A DNA stretch of 64,000 nucleotides from the human T2T-CHM13v2.0 reference genome, Homo sapiens. Position 1 is the stretch's first letter. Every line of letters begins with the position of its first letter. The stretch lies in NCBI RefSeq assembly GCF_009914755.1, contig NC_060934.1. One strand, 5' to 3'. A program made the translations under genes and the position numbers. Below the pieces are notes generated by a model. The model saw only the letters and a list, made by a program, of their open reading frames with translations, did not search any database and was not told where the DNA came from. Shown here piece by piece: positions 1 through 19,828 of the stretch.

Positions 1-3110
<3,110 letters not shown>

Positions 3111-3419
3111 TTAAAGAGAGAGAAATCGAGGCCAGGCGCGGTGGCTCACACCACCCAGCACTTTGGGAGGCCGAGGCAGGCGGAGCACGAGATCAGGAGA
3201 TCAAGACCATCCTGGCTAACATGGTGAAACCCTGTCTCTACTAAAAATACAAAAAAAAAAATTACCTGGGCGTGGTGGTGGGTGCCTGTAGTCCCAGCTA
3301 CTCAGGAGGCTGAGGCAGGAGAATGGTGTGAATCCGGGAGGCGGAGCTTGCAGTGAGCCGAGATGGTGCCACTCCAGCCTGGGCGACAGAGTGAGACTCT
3401 GTCTCAAAAAAAAAAAATG

Positions 3420-4915
3420 TTATTTGTATTCACATTAGCAGGTTTATTGTTATTTTAGAATGAACTGATGAAAATTTAAAATTTCCTCAATTTTCTGTCC
3501 AGGCGCAGTGGCTCATGCCTGTAAAACCCAGCACTTTGGGAGGCAGCGTGGGAAGAGTGCTTGAGTCAATTAGTTTGAGACTAGCCTGGGCAATATGGCA
3601 AGATCCCATCTCTACTTTTTTAGAAAATAAAATAAAATAAAATAAAAATGTCCTTAATTTTCATTTTTAATAGGAGTCATTGATAAATATAATCCACATA
3701 ACAAAAGCCCTCAATTTTGAGTCCTCAAAAATTTTAAGAGTCTAAAGAGGTCCTAGGACCAAAAAATTTGAGAGCTGCTATTTGAGAACAATAAAAATAA
3801 AAATTTAAATTAATATAATCTGCCAGCAACTGTGAAAAAGTTTTCCCACAGTAGAACACAAAACTTCCCTAGTCATTCATCGAACTAACAGTCTTTCATA
3901 TTCTTTTCCTAGTTTTTGGGGGGTAGCTTTGAAGAATATGTATTCAGATTTTTAAATTTTCTTTGAGCTTCTAAATTTCTCTCACAAATAACATTTTTTA
4001 AATGAAAAGTACATTTTCTTTCCTTTTTTCAGACAGAGTCTCACTCCATTGCCCAGGCTGGAGTGCTGGGCATGATCTCTGCTCACTGCAACCTCCACCT
4101 CCCGGGTTCAAGCGATTCTTGTTCCTCAGCCTCCTGAGTAGCAGGGATTACAGGCGCCCACTATCACATCCGCTGATTTTTGTATTTCTAGTAGAAACGG
4201 GGTTTCGCCATGTTGGTCAGGCTGGTCTCAAACTCCTGACCTCCAGGGATCTGCCCACCTTGGCCTCCCGAAGTGCTGGAATTACAAGTGTGAGCCACTG
4301 CGCCCAGCCAAGTAACTACATTTTCTAAAACAAAAACACTTAGTGAGAACAGTAGTATTATTTTACACTTTTATAAATCTCCTTAATGTATGGCTTAACA
4401 GAAGACAGATTTTCATATTAGCTTCTACATTCAATCTGTGGCCCCTCAAAAACTCCACCATACACTCAGGAAAGAATAGGAGTATAAAGAGGTAAATAAC
4501 AATTTAAGAATATTATTATTATTTTCTTTTTTTGAGACGGAATCTTGCTCTGTCACCCAGGCTGGAGTGCAGTGGCGCAATCTTGGGTCGCTGCAACCTC
4601 CACTCCCCAGGTTTAAGCAATTCTCCTGAGTCAGCCTCCTGAGTAGCTTGGATTATAGGTGCCTGCCACCACGCCCAGCTAATTTTTGTATTTTTAGTAG
4701 AGACAGGGTTTCACCATGTTGGCCAGGCTGGTCTTGAACTCCTGACCTCAGGTGATCCACCACCTCAGCCTCCCAAAGTCCTGGGATTACAGGTGTGAGC
4801 CACAGTGCCCAGCCAATTTAATATTATTATTAAAGCAGTTTGGACATCATGAACCCCCTGAAAATGTCTCAGGGACTCCAAGGAATCTCTGAACCACACT
4901 TTAAGAATCAGTGCT
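3420..4915. mobile_element. hAT-Charlie (Charlie1-like) DNA transposon fragments split by Alus
   Basis: Charlie-type terminal motifs gtcctaggaccaaaaaatttgagagctgct (~3750-3779) and gaaccacactttaagaatcagtgctct (~4891-4917). Confidence 0.6.
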
Positions 4916-7193
4916 CTGGAAAGCAGTGTCCTTAAGAGAGCGGTTGATTCATAATGAAAACCTGCTCATGGAAGTCAAGCTCACGGGTGAGGCAAGGCTG
5001 AACAGTTGGCACTAAAGCTGCCATCACTAGAGAGGCAGTTCCTGGAGCTGCAGAGGGTCACGTCTGTCAGTTCTTTACTGCCTCCTCCTACGGCATCTCA
5101 GCTCTTTCTGCCATGATCACATTCCTCTTCCTAATGTACATCCTTTAGAAGCATTTTTTTTTTGAGTCAGGGTCTCTTTCTGTTGCCCAGGCTGTGGTGC
5201 AATGGCACAACCTTGGCTCACTGCAGCCTCAACCTCTGGGGCTCAAGTGATCCTCCCATCTCAGCCTCTGGAGTTACCAGGACCATGGGTGCACACCACC
5301 ATACCCAGCTAATTTTTGTATTTTTTGTAGAGATGGGGTCCCTCTATGTTGCCCAGGCAAGTCTTGAACTCCTGGGCTCAAGCAATTTTCTTACCTCTGC
5401 CTCCCAAAGTGCTGGGATTATAGGCGAGAGCCACTGTGCCCAGCCAGAAGTTTTCTTTTTTTGGAGACAGGGTCTCACTCTGTCACCCAGGCTGGAGTGC
5501 AATGGCACAACCTTGGCTCACTGCAACCTCTGCCTCTTGGGTTCAAGTGATTCTCGTGCTGTAGCCTCCCAAGTAGCTGAGATTACAGGCATGTGCCACA
5601 ATGCCTGGCTAATTTCTGTATTTTTTGTAGAGGTGGGTTTTTGCCATGTTGGCCAGGCTGGCCTCGAGTGATCTGCCTACCTTGGCCTCCCAAGTGATGA
5701 GATTACAGGCATGAGCCACCGTGCCCGGCCCCAGAAGTTTCGCTAGTGAATCTCTGTTGGTGGTAATGTCTCCCAGGTTTGTTTCTCTGAATAATTTTAT
5801 TTTGATTTTCACCTTTGAAAAATACTTCTTCTGGCTGGGCGCGGTGGCTGACGCCTGTAATCCCAGCACTTTGGGAGGCCGAGGTGGGCAGATCACGAGG
5901 TCAGGAGTTCGAGACCAGCCTGGCCAACATGGTGAAACCCCATCTCTACTAAAAATATAAAAATTAGCTGGGTGTGGTGGCGCGTGCCTTTAATCCCAGC
6001 TACCCAGGAGGCTGAGGCAGGAGAACTGCTTGAATCGGGACCTGGGAGGTGGAGGTTGCGGTGAGCTGAGATCACGCCATTGTACTCCAGCCTAGGCAAC
6101 AAGAGTGAAACTCTGTCTCAAAAAAAAAAAAGAAAAGAAAAATACTTTTTCTGGATTTACAATTCTGAGTGATTTTCTCCCTCTGGAAGGCATTAGCCTA
6201 CTCCCCTATGTCTTCGTAAGGCTGCTGCCAGCCTGCCATTTTTAACATGATCCATTCATTCTCTCTGGCTGCTTTTATGGTCTCCTCCTTGCCTTTAGCG
6301 TGCCCCTGTGGTGTGGATTTGAGGCAGCTTTCAGCCTTGTGTTGACCTTTTTTGAGGTCATTCTCTACATGTTCTTTTTCAACCTGTTATTTCACTATTG
6401 TTCAGAATAGTCAGCAACTTTCCAATCCCTTTTAAAAATCAACAATACAGTCTTAGATGGAAGAATTTTATGGGCTTCAGTCCTAAGAATGTACCATTCT
6501 ATTTCAAACCACTAAAAACATAAGTTATTTTAATGGAGTGTTTAGCCTATTTACATTTATATGATGATATATTTGTGTTTAAATAGAGCGTTTTAATATT
6601 TACTTACTTTTTACTTTTTTTTTTTTTGAGATGGAGTTTCACTCTTGTCGCTCAGGCTGGAGTGCAATGGCACGCGATTTTGGCTCACTGCAACCTCCAC
6701 CTCCCAGGTTCAAACGATTCTCCTGCCTCAGCCTCCTGAGTAGCTGGGATTACAAGTGTGTGCCACCACACCTGGCTAATTTTTGTATTTTTAGTAGAGA
6801 TGGGGTTTCACCATTTTGACAAGGCTGGTCTCAAACTCCTGACCTCAGGTGATCCTCCCGCCTCAGCCTCCCAAAGTGCTGGGATTATAGGCGTGAGCCA
6901 CTGCACCCCGCCTTAATAATATTTATTTTCTCTTTATCTTACCTGTTTTATTTCTTTTTTCTCTTTTTTTTTTTGCCTTCTTTGGAAAAATCAAGTATTT
7001 ACTATTATTTTAAGTTCTAGCTGCTCAGGAGTTATCAAATACTTTCAAGCAGATTATGCGTGTGTGTGTGTTTATCTGGTTTTTCTAGTTGTTTTCAGTG
7101 GGACAATTGACATGCTCAAAGCTACTGCATCACAACTGGAAGTAGAATCCTTGATGAGCTCTTGAGTGGGGCTTTGCTGCAAGTGGGTCATAG

Positions 7194-7739
<546 letters not shown>

Positions 7740-8725
7740 TGAAGTGATTTTCCCACCTCTGCCTCCTGAGTAGCTGGAACTACAGCTACTGGGCTAATTT
7801 TTTTATTACTTGTAGAGATGAAGTCTCATTATGTTGCCCAGGCTGGTCTCAGACACCTGGGCTCAAGCAATCCTTCTGCCTCGACTTCCCAAAATGCTGG
7901 GATTACAGGTGTGAGCCACTGTGCTGTCTTTTAAAATGTTTTATAGAGATGGGGTTGCATCACGTTGCCCAGGCTGGTCGGAAACTCCTGGGCTAAAGTG
8001 ATCCTTCCACCTCAGCCTCCCAAAGTGCTGGGATTACAGGTGTGAGACACTGCACCCAGCTGCTTCTTTCTTTATGAAATAGAGATGGGTATTCACCATG
8101 TTGCCCAGGCAGGTCTCGGACACCTGGGCTCAAGCGATTCTCCCGCCTTGGCCTCCCAAAGTGCTGGGATTACAGGTGGGAGCTACCACCCCTGGCCTTG
8201 GCTAATGTATGTAAAGTAGTTAGTACTGGCTGGCTACTGAGCCAGCCCTGAAGAAATGGATGGTAATGATGTTGTTAAAGTAATTGGGCCTCACTGGGCC
8301 TGGTGGCTCACACCTGTAGTCCCACCTAATTGAGAGGCTGAGGCAAGAGGATCACCTGAGCCTAGGAGTTCAGGCCTAGCCTGAGCAACAGAGCGAGACT
8401 TAATCTCCAAAAAAAGAAGGAAAGACCACTGGGGTCTCAATCCTTAGCATTTTGCAGACCACCAAAGACCTGGAAGGGGTCAGAGGCTGCCGCCTGGCTG
8501 GCCCTGCTGTTGGAAAGAAGCCTGGGGAAAGGTAGGAAGAACTGTGGATTCCCTCCTGGAGCGAGCTGCCCTTCCCAGCCCAGGGTGGGTATGCTTGGGA
8601 GTAGGACCCTCTGGCCACGTGCAAGGAAGCCCTACCAGGCCCACAGCCCAGGTTATGCTTGACCTCTTCCCCTAACAGACTCCAGGCAAGTCTCCTGCCT
8701 CCTCCAACCTGTTTTCTTCCCAACC

Positions 8726-9362
<637 letters not shown>

Positions 9363-10307
9363 AGTCTAAGCCTCTAGTCATTCAAATGTTTAGCCTGTTG
9401 AGGCTGGAAGAGCTCCAGAGACCCTCCGTCTGGCCCTCATCTTACACGGGGAGACTGAGGTCTGCGAGGAGCCCGTGGGCTGGGAATGACAGTCTCTGTT
9501 TCCTGCCCCGCCTAGGACCTGAGACCACATTCCTTTTTTAGAGCACAGCGTGGCAGTGAGCCAGCATCTCAGCCCCAAAACAGGTCAGGCCAGGGAGGAG
9601 TCCAGGCCTGGTGACCATAGCTGCTGTCACTCAGGGCACACCCACTGCCTGCCAGGCTCTGGGCGGACACCTTCCTTCCACCACATAGGTGGCATTATCC
9701 ACGCTTTCTGGTGATGACAGTGAGGCCCACTTGGCCAAAAGCCACTTGGGAGGAAGTGACCCAGCCAGGAATCATCCCGAAGCTGACTGACCCTGAGGCC
9801 TGTGTGTGTCCCATGAACCCTTCCTCTACCCCTCCCTCCCAGGGGAGGAGACCACCAGTGCAGGAGTCAGCGGACAGGGGCCCCTTCCTGGCACTGCCAG
9901 CTGGGCCAACAGGAGGAGAGAGAGGCAGGAGCAAAGACCTGCTTGTCTGAGCCTCGGTCTCTCTTGCAGTCCAAATGCCATCTGGTCCTCAGTACAAATA
10001 TATTTCTAGGAAATCAATGATGTCCGGGCTGTCGCAGCCTCACCTCTGGACACTTATATAATCATTAACAAATATCTGCCATTAAAGAGAAATGACTGTC
10101 ATTTGACACCCAAGCTCCATTTCCAAACAGCAGACTGGTATTTACCCTCCTCCTGAAAAGAGTGGATTCTAAAACAGACGGCTGAGCTCACCTCTTCCTG
10201 ATTTGCAGGAAACAATCCTCCAAATGTAAAGGTCTCAACCCAGCCTCCCAGCCAGGGAGTTCTCTGTCCATAAGGTTAAGGCTTCTATTCAGATTCAGCT
10301 AAAATAG

Positions 10308-10589
<282 letters not shown>

Positions 10590-11926
10590 TAAAATGTTGG
10601 AATTACAGGCATGAGCCACTGCACCCAGCCAGCCATTGTGCCCGGCCCCAGCCTTTCTTCTAAAGGAAAGTGTTTAACTATGTAGGCAGGAAATGCACTC
10701 TTCTACATTTTAGATTACAAAAATGCTTCCAAGGACACAAGGCGTTCTCTTGTATCCTCACGGCTGTAGGAAGCCCTTGAGTGAAGGGTAGACGGTGGGG
10801 CTTTGAGGGTCACAGGGCAAGTGCTGGGCCCAGCATGGCCACGGACTGACTTCAGGAACTCGGACAGATCACTTCTCCCTGCGCCTCCACCTCCCCACCA
10901 CCGCCGTTTGGTAAGGGAGCTGGAGCAGCTCAGCTGTCCACAAACCTGGCCACCCATCAGGATGACCCGGAGAGCTTTTTGGTCTGCTGCCTTTTAAGCT
11001 CCTCGTCTCTCTTTTAAGCACAGCCAGGTTCGGGAACTCCTGGCCAGCAGGCTGCCAAGCCCCCAGCTCTGATGGTCTGAGTGTCTGGTGGAAAGCTGCA
11101 AAGCCCTTGGCCCGCCAGCATGTCTGACCTGATGTTTTTTGCCCACTTCAATTCCTGGCATGTTGTAATGATGAGAGATCTGGTTATCCTGGGATGGTCC
11201 GTTCAGGCTTAGAACCATAGCTAACGTTTGTCAAGCCTTAGGAAGGGTCAGGCTTCCTCACACCGGTATCTTGTTTATTCCCCAGAACAGCCTACTGTTA
11301 ATCTAAATCTAAATCTAAAACTACTGTTATTAGATTTTGTTTATGGCTAAAGAAACTGAGGGTCAAAGTATCTAGCATGCATTTAGGTTGGGACTTGAAG
11401 CATGGAGCCAGGACTGGAACTTGGAGGGCCTGGCCCAGAAGCCTGTGGCCATAGTCACTCCATCACTCAGTCAAAGTAATGGGGCCACCCTTAGGGGTGC
11501 AAGGTGAACCCAGCAGGAAAATAGCTGCTTCCCCGGAGCAGCACACTCTCCCGTCCTCGTGCCCAGGTACCCCCCGATAGGGACGTTTTACTGCGTTCTG
11601 AAAGGTGTGCAGGGACCTGGTTCAGTCTTTGACATCGTGGCCAACAGTCACAAGTACCCCGAACATCTCATTCCTTCCAAAATGGGGTTGTCGCCTGCGT
11701 GCCTTCCTTCTTCCTATGACCCTGGAAAAGATTGCTCCGGAAGGTGCCCACTATGTGGATGGGAAGCATCAGAGGCAAGACTCCAGGCACATCAGCGTGT
11801 CTGTGGACGTGGACATGTGGCTGCCATCTTCTGCCTCTTGGTCAGGTAGTTGTCACTCAGCTACCTCCTTGCTCTGAATCCTTCCGGTGGGCTTGGCCAA
11901 CCTCCTCCCATGTGCCAGCCACACAG

Positions 11927-12224
11927 AGGCTGTCTCAACCCTGGCTGCTCATTAAAATCACCTGCAGAGCTCTTGAACCCTACCACTGGCCCCGGCCCTG
12001 CTCCAGAAGCCCTAGGGATGGGCCCTGGCCATGGTATTTGCTAAAGCTCCCCAGGGATTCTGAAGTGCAGCCAGGGGGAAGATCCACTGATAAGAGAAAT
12101 GTCATTTCAGGGCATTGATTAGTTTAGCCTCATGAGGTCTCCTCAATTGGCCCCATCCCAGACATGGGGCTAAGTTAAAAGCAGGACTTCAAAGGCCAGC
12201 CAGCAGGACCTGATCTGCCTGCCT
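11927..12224 (-). repeat. Right arm of inverted duplication (MER5A + unique sequence)
   Basis: Reverse complement aligns to 8726-9362 with ~24 differences over ~285 nt by hand alignment. Confidence 0.95.
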
Positions 12225-12226
12225 AA

Positions 12227-12488
12227 TGAGGTGGGCGGATCACTTTAGGCTAGGAGTTTGAGACCAGCCTGACCAACTTGGTAAAATGCTGTCTCTACTA
12301 AAAATACAAAAATTAGCCAGATGTGGTGGTGCACGCCTATAATTCCAGTTATTTGGGAGGCTGAGGCATGAGAATTGCTTGAACCTGGGAGGCAGAGTTT
12401 GCATTAAGCCAAGATCATGTCACTGCACTCCAGCATGGGTGACAGAACCAGACCCTGTCTCAAAAAAAAAAAAAAAAGAAAAAGAAAG
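12227..12488 (+). mobile_element. 5'-truncated AluS whose A-tail hosts the NPM1 retrocopy
   Basis: Begins at tgaggtgggcggatcac, lacking roughly the first 50 nt of the Alu, and ends in an A-rich tail. Confidence 0.9.
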
Positions 12489-13738
12489 CTGGTGTGATTC
12501 CATCCTGCAGGGCTGTTGTCTTGAGCAGTGGTCGTTTATCTCCGTCCGCCTTCTCTACCACCTAAGTGTATGCCGCCACCCGATGGAAGATTCGATGGAC
12601 ATGCACATGAGTCCTCTGAGGCCCCAGAACTATCTTTTCAGTTGTGAACTTAAGGCCAACAAAGATGATCACTTTAAGGTGGATAATGATGAAAATGAGC
12701 ACCAGTTATCTTTAAGAACAGTCAGTTCATGGGCTGGTGCAGAGGATGATTGCACATTGTTGAAGCAGAGGCAGTGAATTAGAAGGCGGTCCAATTGAAG
12801 TAACACTGGCAACTTTGAAAATGTCTGTTTAGTCAACGGTTTCCCTTGGGGGCTTTGAAATCACACCACCAGTGGTCTTACAGTTGTAGTGTGGCTCAGG
12901 GCCAGTGCATATTAGTGGACAGCACTTAGTAGCTGTGGAGGAAGATGCAGAGTCAGAAGATGAAGAGGAGGAGAGTGCGAAACTCTTAAGTATATCTGGA
13001 AAGCAATCTGTCCCTGGAGGTGGTAGCAAGGTTCCACAGAAACAAGTAAAACTTGCTGCTGATGAAGATGATGATGATCATGATGAAGATGATGGTGATG
13101 ATGAAGATGAAGATGATGAAGAAGATGATGATGAAGATGAAGATGGTGGTGATGATGATGAAGAAGATGATGATGAAGATGACGAGGAAACTGAAGAAAA
13201 AGTGCCAGTGAAGAAATCTATACGAGATACTTCAGCCAAAAATGCACAAAAGTCAAATCAGAATGGAAAAGACTCAAAACCGTCAACGCCAAGATCAAAA
13301 AGACAAGAATCCTTCAAAAAAACAGGAAAAAACTCCTAAAATACCAAAGACCTAGTTCTGTAGAAGATATCAAAGCAAAAAGCAAGCAAATATAGAAAAA
13401 GCACTGAACAGTCCTGGGCACTACTGATAAATTAAGCCCAAAGATAGGGAGAAAGGAAAAGGAGAGACAAATATAGCCCATACTGAATGTCATCAACAAT
13501 CCAGACCATAGTCTTCTATTTTCATCTCAATCCCCTTTTCTGATTTGCCACCCAGGCCTCTTCAGGCTGGAAATAATCTCACTCTTGGTTCCCTAATGCA
13601 CTTTCTCTGACTGCTGTGATTCAGTGAATCTTGCCCTTTGCTTTCTATTACTTGTGCATTTGCCTCACCTCTGACCATGTTTTAAATCACCTTTGTATCT
13701 CCTTAGCTGCTCGATAAATATTTGAATAATAAAAAAAA
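12489..13738 (+). pseudogene. NPM1: Processed nucleophosmin (NPM1) pseudogene, B23.2-type 3' end; probably NPM1P31
   Basis: NPM1 5'UTR (ctggtgtgattcc...gccgccacccg), ATG at 12583 giving [48 protein letters not shown], then [22 protein letters not shown] and KKSIRDT. Intronless, with frameshifts (~12750, ~12781, ~13320), in-frame TAGs (~12830, ~12887) and an A-tail at ~13731-13738. The P31 number is recalled, not verified. Confidence 0.97.
13061..13198 (+). repeat. (GAT/GAA)n low-complexity tract: expanded second acidic stretch of the NPM1 retrocopy
   Basis: 46 mostly acidic codons between KLAA and KVPVKK. Confidence 0.9.
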
Positions 13739-13743
13739 GAAGC

Positions 13744-14035
<292 letters not shown>

Positions 14036-14382
14036 AGCTAGTGTGTGGGAAAGTGTTTATGACCTGTAAAGAGCAAGGAGATTTGTCTATTTTTAACTTC
14101 CTTCCACCCTTTTCCTTCCTTCCTTTCTTCTTCCCTTCCTTCTTTTCCTCCGTCTGTTTTTTTTTTTTGATTCTCGGACTTTCTCCCACTGAATCCCCTC
14201 AGACTCTGCCCCTTTGCCTGCCACACTCTTGCAATTGCTTCAGTCTTGAAAGCAAATGCCTCTGACCCTAACTTTCCTCCGGAAGCCCCTTCAACTTTCC
14301 CTTTCTTCCCCCGCGGCAGCTCAGAGAATCTCAGAGCCTTGCAGACAGCACATGATGGCCTGCGCCATCACCTGCCTGTTAG

Positions 14383-14742
<360 letters not shown>

Positions 14743-15304
14743 TAAAGCCACAGACTGGTGAATGTGGGTGGTGCATTGGGTAGGCAGGTTGGGTGTGGCA
14801 TGGAGCTGAATGCAGCTAGCAGAGTGCACACACCTGCAGGGCCTCCTTAAACTCAGGCAGGCAATGCCATTGAGGTGTTATTTCTGTCCCTATATCAGTC
14901 AAAGCCATTGAGGCACCCATGGGCTCAAGTGCCTGCCGACCTCAAGCGCAGCACCATCACTCTGGGCTCAGTTTCCCCATGTTCCAAAGACTCCTCTGAG
15001 GCCCTTTCCTGCTCTGAAACTGCTGCTCTGGGGCCAGGAGAACCTGAGGGCTGCCATGTGTCAGGGATTTCCTGTACCTTCCTGCCTGAAGCATTGGGGT
15101 GGGCAAGAGAAGATCTCCTCCCCAGCTCCAGCCTGCAAAGTAGCATTGCAGACCCACCTCCTCCGTTGTCTGACAAGACTCCCAGCTGACCGCGCCATGT
15201 GGGGGGCTGGCCCCATGCAGGGTGCTTCCCGCTCACCGCCTCACTGGCTTGTCCTCCCCAAAACGTGGCCCATGCATGAGCCCACCATTGCACCCCTGGG
15301 TGGT

Positions 15305-17476
<2,172 letters not shown>

Positions 17477-17769
17477 AGCCTCCACTCTATGGATGAGGCT
17501 TAGAGAGGTTAAGAGTTTGCCCAAGATGCACAGCAGAGGGGCTCAGGTTGGAATCCTACCTGCCCAGTCCCTAGTGTGTGCCCATCAGGGACCCAGCTGC
17601 CTCATGGCTTCTAACACTGACTCAAGAGGCTCCTCCTGCGCTGCCAGATACACTCCTGGATCCCTCTCCCAGGTGGGAGGCTGAGTCCTCAGGATTCCAG
17701 AAGACCCTACAGGTCCTGGTCTGGGGCCCAGTCCCTGTCAACAAAGCTGGGACTTGGCCTGAATCAACC

Positions 17770-19250
17770 TTCTCCCCAACACCTGGAAACCAGTGATGTT
17801 TTCACTGTCTCCACGGTTTTGCCTTTTCCAGAATGTTGTATAGATGGAATCATACATTGTATGGCCTTTCAGTTGGCTTCTTTCACTTAGCAATATGTAT
17901 TGAAGTTCCTCCAGGTCTTTTCATGGCTTAACAACTTATTTCCTTTTTAGGGCTGAATACTATTCCATTGTCTGGATGTACCATAGTTTACTTATCCATC
18001 CAGTCATTGAAGGTCATCTTGCTTGCTTTCAATGTGGCAATTATGAACGAAGCTGATATAAACATCCATCTGCGGGTTTTTGTGTAGACATAAATCTTTA
18101 ACTTACTTGGATAAATGTGTGATTGCTGGATTGTACAGTAAAAGTATGGTTAGTTTTGTAAGAAACTGCCAAACTGTCTTCCAATGAGGTGGTACCATTT
18201 TACATTCTCACCAACAATGAATGAGAGTTCTTTTTTTTTTTTGAAGACGGAGACTTGCTCTGTCGCCCAGGCTGGAGTGCAGTGGTGCAATCTCGGCTCA
18301 CTGCACCTCTGTAACCTCTGCCTCCTGGGTTTAAGTGATTCTCCTGCCTCAGCCTCCTGAGTAGCTGGGACTACGGGCGCCCGCCACCACACCCAGCTAA
18401 TTTTTTGTGTTTTTAGTAGAGATGGGGTTTCACCATGTTAGCCAGGATGGTCTCAATCTCCTTACCTCATGATCTGCCCGCCTCGGCCTCCCAAAGTGCT
18501 GGGATTACAGGCACGAGCCACCATGCTCAGCCAAACGAGAGTTCTTGTTTCACATCCTTGCCAGTATCTGGCACTGTCAGTGTTTTGGATTTTAGCCATT
18601 CTAATAAGTGTGTGGTGCTGTCTCATTGGTTTTTTGTTTTATTTTGCTTTTTGAGACACGGTCTCATTCTGTCACCCAGGCTGGAGTGCAGTGGCATGAT
18701 CATTGCTCACTGCAGCCTTGACCTCCCTGGGCTCAGGTGATGCTCCCGCCTCAGCCTCCTGAGTAGCTGGGACTACAGGTACGGGCCACCATGCCTGGAT
18801 AATTTTTTGTATTTTTGGCAGAGAAGGGGTTCCACCATGTTGTCCAGGTTGGTCTTGAACTCCTGAGCTCAAGTGATTCATCCACCTTAGCCTCCCAAAG
18901 TGCTGGGATTATAGGCGTGAGCCACCGGTCCTGGTCCTCATTGTTATTCTAATTTGTAATTCTCTAATGTATGATGTTGAGCACCTTTTCATATGCTTCT
19001 TTTCTATCCATATACAGTCTCTGATGAGGTGTTTATTCAGATCTTTTGCCCTTTTTATGGTATTTAACTTTTAAAAAATATATTTGCTGCTACTGTATAG
19101 AAATACAATTATTTTTGTACACTGGCCCTCTTTTCATGTTTAACTGATTCTAGTCAGTTTTTGCAGATTCTTATTATTTTCTATGTGAATAATTATATCA
19201 TACACAAATACAGTTTTACTTAGTCCTTTCTGGGGTTTTTTGTTTTTTGT
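17770..19250 (-). mobile_element. L1M (L1MB-like) antisense fragments
   Basis: ggctgaatactattccattgtctggatgtaccatagttt and taagaaactgccaaactgtcttcca are typical antisense L1MB 3' region. Confidence 0.8.
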
Positions 19251-19591
19251 TCTTTTAGACAGAGTCTTGCTCTGTCACCCCGGCTGGAGTACAGTGACAT
19301 GATCTCGGCTCATGGCAACCTCTGCCTCCTGGGTTCAAGCAATTCTCTGCCTCAGCCTCCCAAGTAGCTGGGATTACAGGCATCCACCACCAGACCTAGC
19401 TAATTTTTGTATTTTTAGTAGAGACGGGATTTCACCATCTTGGCCAGAGTGGTCTTGAACTCCTGACCTCGTGATCCACCTGCCTCGGCCTCCTCCCAAA
19501 GTGCTGGGATTACAGGCATGAGCCACTGCGCCCGGACCCTTTCTGATCTTTATGCTTTCTATTTCTTTTTCTTGCCTTATTGCAGTTCTAG

Positions 19592-19828
<237 letters not shown>

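Noticed and set aside
11292-11329. ctactgtta duplicated around three aatcta-type units
   Set aside because: Small slippage or filler insertion in a decayed MIR-like region with no functional signal.
12379-13339. NPM1-like ORFs as a functional retrogene
   Set aside because: Multiple frameshifts and in-frame stops break the N-terminal oligomerisation domain.
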